Positions 25,301 to 35,396 are shown, numbered from the stretch's first letter. The stretch is DNA of 64,000 nucleotides from Candidatus Micrarchaeota archaeon (GCA_021812145.1 JAKAOM010000001.1:21898-85897), one strand, 5' to 3'. Numbers and translations are program-made. The notes: generated from the sequence alone by a model not told the origin.

Positions 25301-26100
25301 ACATCTGAAGGCCTGCGCTCCGACACTATCTCTTTCGTTTTTTCAAGCAGGAAGTATTTTTCAGGCGACAAAGTGTATTCCGGCGGGTTTATGTAGTATA
25401 AGTATTCTATTTTTTCCGGGTGCTTGTATACGTAAACTTTGGATTTTTCAACTTCGTACTCGTCAACCAATTCCAATGTTTCAGTTCCTGTGAATAGTAT
25501 CCTGCTTCCTATAAAACTCGGCTTTATCCCGCTTTCGAATATTCCCCTGTAAACTAACCTTCCTTCAGGTATGCTTCCCAATTGCGAGATGTAATCCTTC
25601 ATCTTTTTAACAAGGGTTAGCGTGTCAAGATTGTTTTTTATGAACACAACCGTTGCCAGGAATACTTTCTCATCTTCAGGGTTCATGCTTGTTTGGGCTG
25701 CTTGGGTTTGGTCTTTTAACAGCTGCAGGGTTTTGAAGTACGCTGCGGCAGGGTCGGTGTGAAGTAAATTCATTATTTCAAGTATTTTGTCATGCCTTTC
25801 GCTTATAATCCTCGCTTCCTTGGTTGTTCCAAGCCTTGACGGGGCCCAAACGTTCTCGTTTTCGAATTTAGTTATGACGTCCGCCACTCCCTTGAGCATT
25901 TTAGTCTGCTCTTCGTTGTATATTCTTTCATAATATTCGACTAAAACAACCTCGTCCACCTCGTTGCTCTGCAGGTTTTCAAGCACGTCCCTCATGCATA
26001 CCGCGTGCTCAGCTATGTCCGGCGTGATGTTTGCCCCCTTATAATCAATAACAAGCAGCCTCTTGTCCCCTTCTTTTCTTACTATTGCTTCCCTTGCCAT
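22312..26100 (-). CDS. Type II/IV secretion system (TadA/VirB11/FlaI-like) ATPase, intein-containing
   Basis: GSRGAGKT Walker A, EDTQEL Asp box, ALRLGDSVLVVGEVRS Walker B, GTIHG His box; ~750 aa after splicing. Confidence 0.92.
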   Translation of the reverse strand: MAREAIVRKEGDKRLLVIDYKGANITPDIAEHAVCMRDVLENLQSNEVDEVVLVEYYERIYNEEQTKMLKGVADVITKFENENVWAPSRLGTTKEARIISERHDKILEIMNLLHTDPAAAYFKTLQLLKDQTQAAQTSMNPEDEKVFLATVVFIKNNLDTLTLVKKMKDYISQLGSIPEGRLVYRGIFESGIKPSFIGSRILFTGTETLELVDEYEVEKSKVYVYKHPEKIEYLYYINPPEYTLSPEKYFLLEKTKEIVSERRPSDVGFMDMDQARKYFSKIYINTISDIAVRNKISLSMEEKEELATIVARYTIGYGILEIILNDRQLTDVYIDSPLGIKPVYLVHSKYGQCQTNVIFSEEEAKALVSRFRALSGRPFDEAHPILDFDLPDLQTRVAVIGKPLALDGTAFALRLHKETPWTLPQFLDFKMFNPITAGILSFFVDAQASMLIVGSRGAGKTSLLQALMQEIPQNLRIIVQEDTQELPVPQLKNLAFNIERLKTRPPLGAQSEAEVSAEDALRTALRLGDSVLVVGEVRSSIRGNEEVFIIENGVTKRIQIKDIEGKNTSSIQVPAIEFDLKTTLKPLSGFVKHPERKRMIEITTKTGRKVTVTPDHSLFTATRDFKIAAIECEKLCEGDQIVIPSRIPCGFNDLTEIHLMKILPELRVENFESPVRTAISKIGWREATLIAEVTSGDIYNYFRTSSSQQVNIPIESFKKLMEKTETAFDEKKLKVKTGTSTSIPAVIQVNEEFCRFLGYYVSEGYYDLKKGKGGNVVLTNSNEVLLSDMKFVSQSLFGIQPSEREVHGAGRSIQLRLSSSPLARLIEKLGGGRTCTEKRIPSMIYGLSKKKIANFLRALYSGDGSFTASKNSGNSVRYYSTSKKLAEDVSYLLLVFGIVARVYSRKHQNEKSNELWIVEFKEREAVKTFLNEIGFVQKKPTPLIKAWAHNKTNTVYFEKESLKEHLKKYPRRYRHLFRFGRCSKNYLKKVISDPECECSEEMKTFANGDFYLDEIVSIKEINLKKPEPVYDLSVSPCQNFIGGFGGILLHNTEARALYEAMRVGAVGNVVMGTIHGESAYSIWDRVVNDLGVPTTSFKATDFAIVGAPIRFKGSLKRQRRIIEITEVKKEWNVDPLKEDGFLNWENFNANIDGLELYQEKIKQSEWIAKVMRNRGLSYEDIWNEISARAATKQFLVDLKRKNNVPQILEANYSIRAHSKYLLMQEKQREEHGGIDYKTLLQEWQEWVTQNLLREATTSKGLS
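22948..24483 (-). mobile_element. Intein with LAGLIDADG homing endonuclease (512 aa)
   Basis: Starts S-IRGNEEV; block B VTVTPDHSLF; LGYYVSEG and FLRALYSGDG; block F VYDLSV; ends HN|T; excision restores GEVRS-TEARALYEAM. Confidence 0.92.
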
Positions 26101-26371
26101 TTTACTCCAATTGTTTTTTTCTGAAGAGTTTTTTAACTCTTTCGCCGGGCGCGTGATTGTTTAGAAAATCAAGTTCGTTTGATAAATCTGTCTTGTTTTA
26201 ACGAATGAAATTTTATTAATTTAGTGATAATAAAAATCTTGCAATGGAGATATTATACTTTAAGCGTTTTATCAGCAAATTTGAAAAGATTAAAAAGTTA
26301 ATGTGTTTAAACAAGATTACAAATAATAATTTAAGAAGTAAGATATAATTCAAATAAAGGATGGTTATGAT

Positions 26372-26989
26372 ATGAGTTTAAAGAGTTTTATAAAGTTTGC
26401 TATAATACAGCCTAAAACAGCTTTTCAAAACATAGTTATGACTGTGATTGGAGTTTATGGTAGGTATAGCGAGTTGAGTGTTTTTAAAGAAACTTTTTTG
26501 GAAGGAGAATATGCCTGGCTTTATAACCAAATCAATCAGCAGTCTGTAGTTGTTGATATAGGTAGTAATGTTGGCGACACGGCTTTCTTTTTCTTGACGA
26601 ATAATAAAGTGAAAAAACTTATCGGTTTTGAAGTGGATGGTAAAGCGTTCGGAAGGTGCAAGCAGATTTTCACTCGTTTGAATCAAGATCGCGCTTTGTT
26701 TTTAAACAAGAAGGCGGATTTAAGTGTTATGAATAAGATTTTAAAAGATCAAAACTTCCCAATTGCGATTAAGTGCGATATTGAGGGTGGCGAGTACGAT
26801 ATTTTCAGGGAGGGTTTGGATTTGAAGAAGGTTTACGCTATAGAGATGGAGTATCATTACGACGTTCAAAAAATTAAGAGTTTTTTGGAAAGTGAAGGCT
26901 TCACGGTAGAGTTTTCAAGAAAGAATAATAATCCAATTGGTTGGAATATAGGCTTGCTTAAAGCAAAAAGGCCTTTGTTGCATAAATAA
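26372..26989 (+). CDS. FkbM-family methyltransferase
   Basis: VVDIGSNVG, IKCDIEGGEY, MEYH. Confidence 0.85.
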   Translation: MSLKSFIKFAIIQPKTAFQNIVMTVIGVYGRYSELSVFKETFLEGEYAWLYNQINQQSVVVDIGSNVGDTAFFFLTNNKVKKLIGFEVDGKAFGRCKQIFTRLNQDRALFLNKKADLSVMNKILKDQNFPIAIKCDIEGGEYDIFREGLDLKKVYAIEMEYHYDVQKIKSFLESEGFTVEFSRKNNNPIGWNIGLLKAKRPLLHK

Positions 26990-27097
26990 CCCCCCCTAAT
27001 GCTCTGTTTTTATGCTATTGTTTTAAATTCTTTTTCAGCGTTATTTTTTATTGTTTTAAACGCTTTAAAAGCGTTTTTGGAAAAGGTTTTTTTTGTA

Positions 27098-27808
27098 ATG
27101 GTTTTTCTTTCTGTGGTTATTCCCGCTTTCAACAAGGAAGATTCTATTTCTAAAACTCTTGCTGAAGTTAAGCGTTCTTGCGATTCTTTTAAGGTTTCTT
27201 ATGAAGTTGTTATAGTTGATGATCACTCAACAGATAATACTTATCCTGAGATTGTTAAGACAGTTAAAAATTGGCTTAATTTCAGGGTTTTTAAAAAGGT
27301 TAAGAATGGTGGAAAGGGAGGTGCTTTGAAGGAGGGTTTTTTTAAAGCTAAGGGGGATTTGGTTGCTTTTATCGATGCTGACTTGGATTTACCTCCAAAG
27401 CAGTTGAAAGTTTTCATCGATTTGATGAATGTCTACAATGCCGACGCTATTATTGGAAGCAAGAGGAACAGTCTTTCAAAGGTTGAGTATTCAAGCGTTA
27501 GGAATTTCCTTTCCTGGGGTTACTACAAGCTGGTCAGGGGTTTGTTCAACCTGCGTGTTTCCGACACTCAAGTGGGAATGAAGCTTTTCAAAAGGAAGAA
27601 AATAGAAAAAATAATAAGCAAGGTAAACAGCAGCGGTTTTGCCTTCGATCTTGAGCTTTTGGCCAGAATGAGAAAGGAAAACATGAATATTGGCGAGTCA
27701 CCCATCATTATGAAACATTCTAATTTTGGAAGCAGCGTTAGCGTTTTTGCTATTGCTAAAATGCTGAAGGAGACTTTACTAGTTTACTTCACTGTTTTGA
27801 GAGGTTGA
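27098..27808 (+). CDS. Glycosyltransferase family 2 (dolichol-P-sugar synthase-like)
   Basis: SVVIPAFN, VDDHSTD, GKGGA, DADL, DTQVGMKLF, FAFDLE; start re-called at 27098. Confidence 0.9.
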   Translation: MVFLSVVIPAFNKEDSISKTLAEVKRSCDSFKVSYEVVIVDDHSTDNTYPEIVKTVKNWLNFRVFKKVKNGGKGGALKEGFFKAKGDLVAFIDADLDLPPKQLKVFIDLMNVYNADAIIGSKRNSLSKVEYSSVRNFLSWGYYKLVRGLFNLRVSDTQVGMKLFKRKKIEKIISKVNSSGFAFDLELLARMRKENMNIGESPIIMKHSNFGSSVSVFAIAKMLKETLLVYFTVLRG

Positions 27809-27809
27809 T

Positions 27810-28760
27810 TTGATTTTTTTGAAGTTCTCCATTATAATTCCAGTTAAGCGGTTCAATCCAATGCTTGAACAATGTTTGAACGATTGTTTGAAGCAGAAGA
27901 ACGCAGAAGTTATAGTAATTCCTGACGTTGCTTTTAAGTTTGAAGGAGTTAGAGTTTTAACTTTGAAGGGAAGCCCTTCTGACAAGAGGGATTTCGCTGC
28001 TAAAAAAGCTAAAGGTGAGTTCCTTGCTTTCATTGATGATGATGCTTTTCCTGATAATGATTGGCTTAAGAACAGTTTGAAGTATTTCAAAGAAGGAGTG
28101 GTTGCGGTAGCTGGCCCCGCAGTAACACCTGAAGGGGAGGAGTTGAAGAGGAATGCTAGTGGTTTGATTTTTTCATCTTTTATAGGAGGTGGGGGTTTGG
28201 GCTATAGATATGTTAAGGGTTTTTCAAAGGAGGTTGATGATTATCCTAGTGTTAATTTTATAGTTAAGAAGAGCGATTTTGAAGAGGTTGGGGGTTTTGA
28301 CACGAAGTACTGGCCTGGTGAGGATACTATTTTGTGTTTGAAGCTGAAAAAGTTGGGTAGAAAAATTATTTATACCGGCGATGTGGTTGTTTTTCATCAC
28401 AGGAGGCGCTTGTTTGGTGAGCATTTGAAGCAGGTTTTTTCCTACGCTTTGCACAGGGGTTTTTTTGCTAAAAAATATCCTGAAAACTCGCTTAAGGCAA
28501 AGTATTTCATCCCTTCTGTTTTTGTTTTAAGCGTTGTTGCAGGCTTGATTCTTTCTTTATTCTACAGTTGGGCTTTCCTTGCTCTTGCTTTAGTTCTTTT
28601 TGTTTACTTTTTGGTTGTTTTGCTTGAAAGTTTGAAAACCGCTTTTAAAGAAGGAAGTGTTGAATTGTTTTTCTTGTTTTTCGCAGGCGTTATTTTAACC
28701 CATTTTTTTTACGGGGTTGGTTTTATTAAGGGTTTGCTGTCTAAAGATTTAACTCGTTGA
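27810..28760 (+). CDS. Glycosyltransferase family 2 with C-terminal TM helices
   Basis: SIIIP, AFIDDDA, GGFD...GED. Confidence 0.88.
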   Translation: MIFLKFSIIIPVKRFNPMLEQCLNDCLKQKNAEVIVIPDVAFKFEGVRVLTLKGSPSDKRDFAAKKAKGEFLAFIDDDAFPDNDWLKNSLKYFKEGVVAVAGPAVTPEGEELKRNASGLIFSSFIGGGGLGYRYVKGFSKEVDDYPSVNFIVKKSDFEEVGGFDTKYWPGEDTILCLKLKKLGRKIIYTGDVVVFHHRRRLFGEHLKQVFSYALHRGFFAKKYPENSLKAKYFIPSVFVLSVVAGLILSLFYSWAFLALALVLFVYFLVVLLESLKTAFKEGSVELFFLFFAGVILTHFFYGVGFIKGLLSKDLTR

Positions 28761-28789
28761 ATGTTTTAAATTGCAGTGTGATTTGAATT

Positions 28790-30256
28790 TTGAAAAGTTT
28801 GAAAGTTTGCATTACCTACCCCCCTATTGATGAAAGTAAGGGTGTGCCGTTGTTGTCTCAGAACCGTCAGTTTCAGTACTTTAATTCTCCTACTTTTATC
28901 TATCCTATGATTCCTGCTTCAGCCGCTACTCTTTTAAAAAAGAATGGTTTTGAAGTGGTTTGGCTTGACGGCATCGCTGAGCGTTTGAAGCCTGAAGCGT
29001 ATTTGAAAATTCTTGAGAAGGAGAAGCCTGACTTGGTTTTTATTGAAACCAAAACTCCTGTGGTGAAAAAGCATTGGTTGTGGATTGAAAAGATTAAGAA
29101 TGCGGTTCCTAAAGTCAAGGTGGTTTTGGCAGGCGATCATGTTACTGCTTTGCCTGAAGAGTCTTTCAGCAATTCAAGCGTTGATTTTATTCTAGCCGGG
29201 GGGGATTTTGATTTTCTTTTGCTTAATTTAGCGAGTTTTTTGACTGGAAAAACAAAAAAATTGGAAGGTGGGATTTGGTTTAGAAAAGGCAAGGTTTTGA
29301 AAAGCAGTGGAATACCGGTTCAGAATCACGATTTGAATTCAATTCCTTTTATCGACCGTGTTTTGACTAAGTGGAGGCTTTACGCTTATGATAATGGTAA
29401 TTTCAAGAAAACTCCTGGAACTTACACAATGGTTGCAAGGGATTGTTGGTGGAGGAAGAACGGTGGCTGCACTTTTTGCAGTTGGACTACTCTCTACAAG
29501 AGTTTTAAATCCAGGACTCCTGAAAGTCTTTTTGAGGAAGTTAAATATCTAGTTGATACTTTTCATTTCAAGGAGATTTTTGACGATTCAGGAAGTTTCC
29601 CTGCTGGGGTGTGGATTGAAAAATTCTGCAATCTTATGATAGAAAGCGGCTACAATAAAAAAGTAACTTTAGGCTGTAATATGCGAGTTAATGCTTTGAA
29701 TCAAAAACAATACAATTTGATGAAGAAAGCTGGGTTTAGGTTCCTGCTTTACGGGGTCGAAAGCGCTAGCCAGAAAACGCTTGACAGAATAAACAAAGGC
29801 ACAAAAGTTGAAGATACGGCTAAAGCTTGCATGATGGCTAAAAAAGCTGGTTTGGAACCTCATTTGACAGTTATGTTTGGATATCCATGGGAGACTAAAA
29901 CAGACATGTATAATACTGTAAAAGAAGTAAGGGAGATTTTCAGGGAGGGTTGGGCGGACACTCTTCAAGCCACTATAGTCATTCCTTACCCCGGAACAAG
30001 GCTTTTTGACGAGTGCAAAAAGAACAAGTGGCTCAAGACAACAAACTGGGATGAATATGATATGAGAGCGCCTGTAATGAAAAGCAAGGCAGGAGATGAA
30101 GAAATAAAAAAATCCGTTCAGGATTGCTATAAAGTTTTCATGACTCCAAGATATGTTTTAAGAAAGATTGTTGGAATTAGGAGCAAGGAGGATTTGAAGT
30201 TTATCAAGAAAGGGGTTAAATCAGTTTTAGGTCATTTGAAAGACTTTTCAGGTTGA
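28790..30256 (+). CDS. B12-binding-domain radical SAM protein
   Basis: B12-binding N-terminus (GDHVTALPEE, GGDFD); C-x7-C-x2-C; GVES, MFGYPWET, PYPGT. Confidence 0.85.
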   Translation: MKSLKVCITYPPIDESKGVPLLSQNRQFQYFNSPTFIYPMIPASAATLLKKNGFEVVWLDGIAERLKPEAYLKILEKEKPDLVFIETKTPVVKKHWLWIEKIKNAVPKVKVVLAGDHVTALPEESFSNSSVDFILAGGDFDFLLLNLASFLTGKTKKLEGGIWFRKGKVLKSSGIPVQNHDLNSIPFIDRVLTKWRLYAYDNGNFKKTPGTYTMVARDCWWRKNGGCTFCSWTTLYKSFKSRTPESLFEEVKYLVDTFHFKEIFDDSGSFPAGVWIEKFCNLMIESGYNKKVTLGCNMRVNALNQKQYNLMKKAGFRFLLYGVESASQKTLDRINKGTKVEDTAKACMMAKKAGLEPHLTVMFGYPWETKTDMYNTVKEVREIFREGWADTLQATIVIPYPGTRLFDECKKNKWLKTTNWDEYDMRAPVMKSKAGDEEIKKSVQDCYKVFMTPRYVLRKIVGIRSKEDLKFIKKGVKSVLGHLKDFSG

Positions 30257-30272
30257 TTTGAGGTAGTTTTAT

Positions 30273-31103
30273 ATGAAAAAAGCTTTGATTACTGGAATAA
30301 ACAAATCAATTGATAAAATTTATTCAAAAAAATGGCTGGATAATGCATTGAAAGAGGATGAATTTATAAATAAACCCTATTTAGAATTTACAAACTATAA
30401 TTCATATTCTGAATTAAATAAATTAGTCAAAATTGTTGAATTAGTTGAGCTCATGCAAATCAAGAAAGGGGTGAAACCAATTAAAATTAATATTCTTGAA
30501 ATAGGTTGTGGAACTGGAAATATTTGTATCCCTTTAGCGTCCAAGGGGTATAATGTTATTGGCATAGACCTGAACAAAAACGCAATTACTAAAGCAAATC
30601 AAATAAAGAAATCTAAAAAGTTAAATAATGTAAATTTTTTCGTTAAAAATACTTCTGAATATTTTTGTAGCGATTCTATTAAAAAATTTGATATTATTAT
30701 TGCAAGTGATATTTTAGAGCATTTACAAAATCCAATTAATATTTGTACATCCATCTTTGATAATTTAGAAGGTGGTGGTTTTTTCATTGTGACAATTCCA
30801 AATGGATTAGGCTTATCTGAATTATTAATAAATAATTTTTCAAAAAACGTAAGAAAGATTTTAGGCGAAGTTGTTGATGACGGTTATAATCATATTCAGA
30901 GATTTACTATAAATAAAATAAACCTATTACTAACTAAGAGTGGTTTTAAACAAATTAAGTTTATTTGTAATATTGATTTTATTACCTTTTTTCCGTTTAT
31001 AAATAGATCTATTCTTGCAAGGATTGATTTTAAGATTAGTAAATTAATACCTACTTTTTTAGCTAATAGGTGGATTTTTTTAGCAATAAAAACTGATGAT
31101 TAA
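30273..31103 (+). CDS. Class I SAM-dependent methyltransferase
   Basis: ILEIGCGTG, GIDLN, DILEHL, TIPN. Confidence 0.85.
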   Translation: MKKALITGINKSIDKIYSKKWLDNALKEDEFINKPYLEFTNYNSYSELNKLVKIVELVELMQIKKGVKPIKINILEIGCGTGNICIPLASKGYNVIGIDLNKNAITKANQIKKSKKLNNVNFFVKNTSEYFCSDSIKKFDIIIASDILEHLQNPINICTSIFDNLEGGGFFIVTIPNGLGLSELLINNFSKNVRKILGEVVDDGYNHIQRFTINKINLLLTKSGFKQIKFICNIDFITFFPFINRSILARIDFKISKLIPTFLANRWIFLAIKTDD

Positions 31104-31106
31104 AAA

Positions 31107-32306
31107 GTGGCAATATCTAAAAAATTGACTGTTGGTTTCGTTTCTACTTTCACCCCTGAAAGTAATTATTCTCAATTTTTATCAGAGTCTATCTATAAAT
31201 CAAAACAAAATGACCTTAAACTTATAGCCTACGCACCTTTACATGAAAATGTTTCAAATCTTAGGGTTGGTTTAAAAAAGAAAATTTGGAATTATTTTTG
31301 GTATCCACTTCAAATAGCATTTCATTCCTTTAGAGATAATATTGATATAATACACTTCCAGTATGAGTTTAATATGTATGGTTCTATGATTTTTTCTTCT
31401 TTTTTTCCACTTGCGTTACTACTTCAAAAATTAATCAGAAAAAAAGTAGTAACAACAGTTCATGTTGTAGTGTCTCAAAATGAAATTGATGAAGATTTTA
31501 AATCTACATTCAACGCAAGTTTGTTACCTAGTGCGCTAATAAAGACGTGGTTTTACATTAATTATTTTTTTATAGGGTATATATCGGATACAATTATAGT
31601 ACATTCAGAATGTTTTAAGGAAACACTTGAAAGAGAGTATAAAATTGATAAAAACAAAATAATAGTTTTGAATCACGGAATTCCATCTTATAATAATAAA
31701 GATAAAAAGTTAAATTTGTTTAAAAAACTTATACATAATTACAAAAATAAAAAGGTAATATTATCTTTTGGATACATTACAAAAAGAAAGGGCCTGGATT
31801 ATTTAATAAAAGCCTTTGAAAAAATAAACAAAAAATACAATGAGGTTATTTTAATAATTGCAGGTAATGTATTAATACATGAAAAGAAATATATTGAAAC
31901 ACTTAAAAAAAAAATTGTTGATATTCCAAATATCTTAATAATAGATAGATTTCTAACACTTGATGAAATAAAGGCACTATATTCTAATAGTTACATTTCT
32001 GTTTTTCCATATACTTATTCAATCTCTGCAAGTGGAACAACCGCGTTATCATTTGCTTTTTCAGTTCCATTAATTGTTACAAATTTGGGAAGTTTTAAAG
32101 AGGATATTGAAGAGACTGATTGCGGCATACTAGTCAACAAAAAAAACGCCCATGATTTAGAAAAAGCAATTGAGAAATTATTGACAAACAAAAAAGTTTA
32201 TAAAAAAATAAAATATAAAATGAATATTGTCAAAAAAGAAAGATCTTGGAGCAATATCGCAATTCAAACAATAAATTTATATAAGAATAATTTGGATATT
32301 AATTAG
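31107..32306 (+). CDS. Glycosyltransferase family 4
   Basis: FGYITKRKGLDYLIKAF, VFPY, SASG, P-x-I-x-T. Confidence 0.85.
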   Translation: MAISKKLTVGFVSTFTPESNYSQFLSESIYKSKQNDLKLIAYAPLHENVSNLRVGLKKKIWNYFWYPLQIAFHSFRDNIDIIHFQYEFNMYGSMIFSSFFPLALLLQKLIRKKVVTTVHVVVSQNEIDEDFKSTFNASLLPSALIKTWFYINYFFIGYISDTIIVHSECFKETLEREYKIDKNKIIVLNHGIPSYNNKDKKLNLFKKLIHNYKNKKVILSFGYITKRKGLDYLIKAFEKINKKYNEVILIIAGNVLIHEKKYIETLKKKIVDIPNILIIDRFLTLDEIKALYSNSYISVFPYTYSISASGTTALSFAFSVPLIVTNLGSFKEDIEETDCGILVNKKNAHDLEKAIEKLLTNKKVYKKIKYKMNIVKKERSWSNIAIQTINLYKNNLDIN

Positions 32307-32346
32307 GCAATAATACCTATTTTACTTAATTTAAAGATGTTTAAAA

Positions 32347-33057
32347 ATGAATTTAAATAAAATATTTATGAATATATATTTGAGAATTAGAAATTTAGAC
32401 AACAATATGTTTAGAGATTTAATTTTTAAAATTTATTCAGATTTGATATATTTACACCACTTTATACTCAATTCTAAATACTTTTATATTGATGGGAAAA
32501 AATATACTTATTTCTCATCACCGTACTATCAAACATTGGCAACGGAAAGATGTATTGAAATACCGTTTGTACTCTCTTTTATAAATAATAATTCAAAAAC
32601 AAATACTCTAGAAATTGGTAACGTCCTATCTAACCATATCTCATTTAAACATGACGTATTAGACAAATATGAAATTGCTAAGGGAGTTATTAATGAGGAT
32701 GTAGCATATTATAATTTCAAAAAAAAGTATGATTTGATATTATCAATTTCTACTTTGGAGCATGTGGGTTTTGATGAACCTGAACATGATGCTGAAAAGG
32801 TTATAATTGCAATCAAAAATTTAATTAATTCATTGGATAAAAAAGGGATTTTAATAATTAGTGTTCCTCTAGGCTATAATCCGGTTATAGATAAACTTAT
32901 ATTAAGAAATACTTTTAAATTTAAAAAATATTTTATGATTAAAACTTCATTTATGAATACTTGGAAACAAGCAAATATTAGCGAAGCTATGAATAAAAAA
33001 TACGGCAGTAAATATCCATTTGCTAATTCTATTGCTTTTTTATTGTACTATAAATAA
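32347..33057 (+). CDS. Methyltransferase-like hypothetical protein
   Basis: ERCIEIP, LEIGN, DKYE, SISTLEHVG. Confidence 0.65.
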   Translation: MNLNKIFMNIYLRIRNLDNNMFRDLIFKIYSDLIYLHHFILNSKYFYIDGKKYTYFSSPYYQTLATERCIEIPFVLSFINNNSKTNTLEIGNVLSNHISFKHDVLDKYEIAKGVINEDVAYYNFKKKYDLILSISTLEHVGFDEPEHDAEKVIIAIKNLINSLDKKGILIISVPLGYNPVIDKLILRNTFKFKKYFMIKTSFMNTWKQANISEAMNKKYGSKYPFANSIAFLLYYK

Positions 33058-35380
33058 GTATATACAAAATACAAAAAATAAATGTTAGTCCAGATATAAT
33101 ATTTCCAATATAAAATAACGATTGTGGAACAAAATAAAGAGTAATTGTAAAACTATTTTTATTAATCATATTTGGATTAATATACCATCCGTTTGCATAT
33201 CCATTTGCAATAAAATGATTATCACTGAGCGGTGAATAAAATAAATATTTAATATCCGTTAAGTCAAAATTTGCAGTTGAACTTACCTCTTTAATTTTTC
33301 CATTATTATACTCTTGCTCAGTTCCAGATTCAATCATGTTATTTTCGATATAAGCGTTCCATTGTGGGTTATATGCTTGGTTTAAAATTAAGAAAAATGG
33401 ATGAGTTGCATTTTCAATTGAGACAATATACTTGGTTGGATTCACTTCTTGAAAAATTATTTTTGGAATGAAACTTTCATTTGTAGAATTTATCATAGGA
33501 ATTTTATCTAAAACCGTTTGATTTTGTAATATAAACACTTGATAATTATCTTCATTATTTTTTAAAGAATTAAAATAATTACTTATATTATAAGTTATAC
33601 TTAATTTATTAGATACATAAATCCTAGGCACAAATGCTTTATTTTCCCATAAGGATATGTTTTCAAATTTTTTTATCAATTGTATATTAGATGCATTATT
33701 TAAGTAATCCTCAACTTTCGTATAATTCCATTCATTTGAATTTGGACTAAATATTGGCATTACGTCCTTTCTAAGTAGAATATATTTAACATTATAAAAT
33801 GCTAGAATATTAGCGATTATATTACTGTCATTTCCTGAATATACTATTTTTTCAATTGTTGAGACTTCAGTATTCGATATTGATTCAAATGAAATTGCAT
33901 TAATTCCTGCGCTTAGAGTTGGATCTCCTCCTTGATCTTCATTTTGATATTGTGTTTTTAAATAAAGTGGAGAGCTGGTCATAGGAAGAGGTAATACTCT
34001 AAATTGTGAACTATCGTTAAGTATATATTTAATTATGTTACTATAACCTGGTGAAATATTGAAAGAGTCAAGTAAAAAAACATTATCTTTAATTTGTGTT
34101 TGCGTACTAAGATTACCTGTCAACCATGGCGAAACCCAGATTAACAAACCAATCATTAGTACTATTTCTACAAGAATTATTTTAGATTTTCTTTTAGTCT
34201 CTATAATTTTTGAAATTATAAAAAAAGTTCCAAGTCCAATTATAATAGATATTGTAAAAGCAAGTAATACTAAAATGTGTTGTGGGCTTCTAAATAAAAC
34301 CATTAATGGAATATTTTCATAAATCCAAATCCTTAGATTGCCAATTAGAGTTATAGAAGTTGACATGAATAATGAAATAAGGAATAAAAAAATCCAAAAT
34401 AAACTTTTGGTTTTTTTGTTGGTATATAAAAAAAATATTGAAATTATTATTATACTGTATGCGCTAATAAACCATATTAATTGAAAATTTGGATTAATAA
34501 GATATTTAAAAAAATCTGTAAAGTAACCTAAACCAGCAAAAGCGTCTTGAATTGAAGGAATATTATTTGTTATTGTTGAAATTAATAGCGTATTATCTAA
34601 TGAAATACTTTGTTGTAGTGTTTGTGGTATAAGTATAATCCAGTACATATTTAAAAGAAAAAATATAATTATACTTTTTACAATATTTTTGTAAATCGTT
34701 TTTATTTTTTTTGTGAATAAAACATAAAGAACAAATACTAATGTTATTAAAAATAAATTCTGAAGTGAAGAACTTATTATCGTCATAGTAATTGCAAATA
34801 AGAGAACGTCAATAAAGTTAGGTTTGTCTGAACATACTTTTATTAGAAAATAAAAAGCCAGTGGAAAAAATGCATACGTAATAAACTGCGTAGTTGCACC
34901 TCCTATTATTTCATTGAAAAGGAAGGGAGATAATGAATAAAAAACAGCACCAAAAAATTGAGCAAAGAGTTTATAAGAATTGTTTTTAACTTCAAAGTCT
35001 TCACTAATAATTTTTCCAATTAGATAAAACATGGTAATGCCTGACAATAGTATTGTAATAAATACTAACAGTTTTGATATGATTTCTCCATTAAATCCTA
35101 AATAACCCGTACTAGTATATACCATTATAAGTGGAATAAAACTCGCTCCCAGTGGATTAAAATAACCAAGACCAGAATCAACCCATAAATAAGGTGTTTG
35201 AATAAATATTGCCCGTATTTCTTCATTTAGCGGTGGAATTGACCAATCCCAATGATGCCCTAATGTTCCATTATTTAAAACTATACCTCGCAGTACAAAA
35301 AAAGATATAAAAATAAAAAATACAATTGGAAAAATTAATTTTAAAAATTGTTTAAATTTTTTTATATTAGCTATTTCCAA
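33029..35380 (-). CDS. Polytopic GT-C-like membrane protein (AftD/YfhO-like)
   Basis: Many TM helices, HWDW loop, FYSLSPF, FRSP, FRVLPLP, ANGYANGW; in a glycosylation cluster. Confidence 0.7.
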   Translation of the reverse strand: MEIANIKKFKQFLKLIFPIVFFIFISFFVLRGIVLNNGTLGHHWDWSIPPLNEEIRAIFIQTPYLWVDSGLGYFNPLGASFIPLIMVYTSTGYLGFNGEIISKLLVFITILLSGITMFYLIGKIISEDFEVKNNSYKLFAQFFGAVFYSLSPFLFNEIIGGATTQFITYAFFPLAFYFLIKVCSDKPNFIDVLLFAITMTIISSSLQNLFLITLVFVLYVLFTKKIKTIYKNIVKSIIIFFLLNMYWIILIPQTLQQSISLDNTLLISTITNNIPSIQDAFAGLGYFTDFFKYLINPNFQLIWFISAYSIIIISIFFLYTNKKTKSLFWIFLFLISLFMSTSITLIGNLRIWIYENIPLMVLFRSPQHILVLLAFTISIIIGLGTFFIISKIIETKRKSKIILVEIVLMIGLLIWVSPWLTGNLSTQTQIKDNVFLLDSFNISPGYSNIIKYILNDSSQFRVLPLPMTSSPLYLKTQYQNEDQGGDPTLSAGINAISFESISNTEVSTIEKIVYSGNDSNIIANILAFYNVKYILLRKDVMPIFSPNSNEWNYTKVEDYLNNASNIQLIKKFENISLWENKAFVPRIYVSNKLSITYNISNYFNSLKNNEDNYQVFILQNQTVLDKIPMINSTNESFIPKIIFQEVNPTKYIVSIENATHPFFLILNQAYNPQWNAYIENNMIESGTEQEYNNGKIKEVSSTANFDLTDIKYLFYSPLSDNHFIANGYANGWYINPNMINKNSFTITLYFVPQSLFYIGNIISGLTFIFCILYILIYSTIKKQ

Positions 35381-35396
35381 TCAATTTTCACCTATT

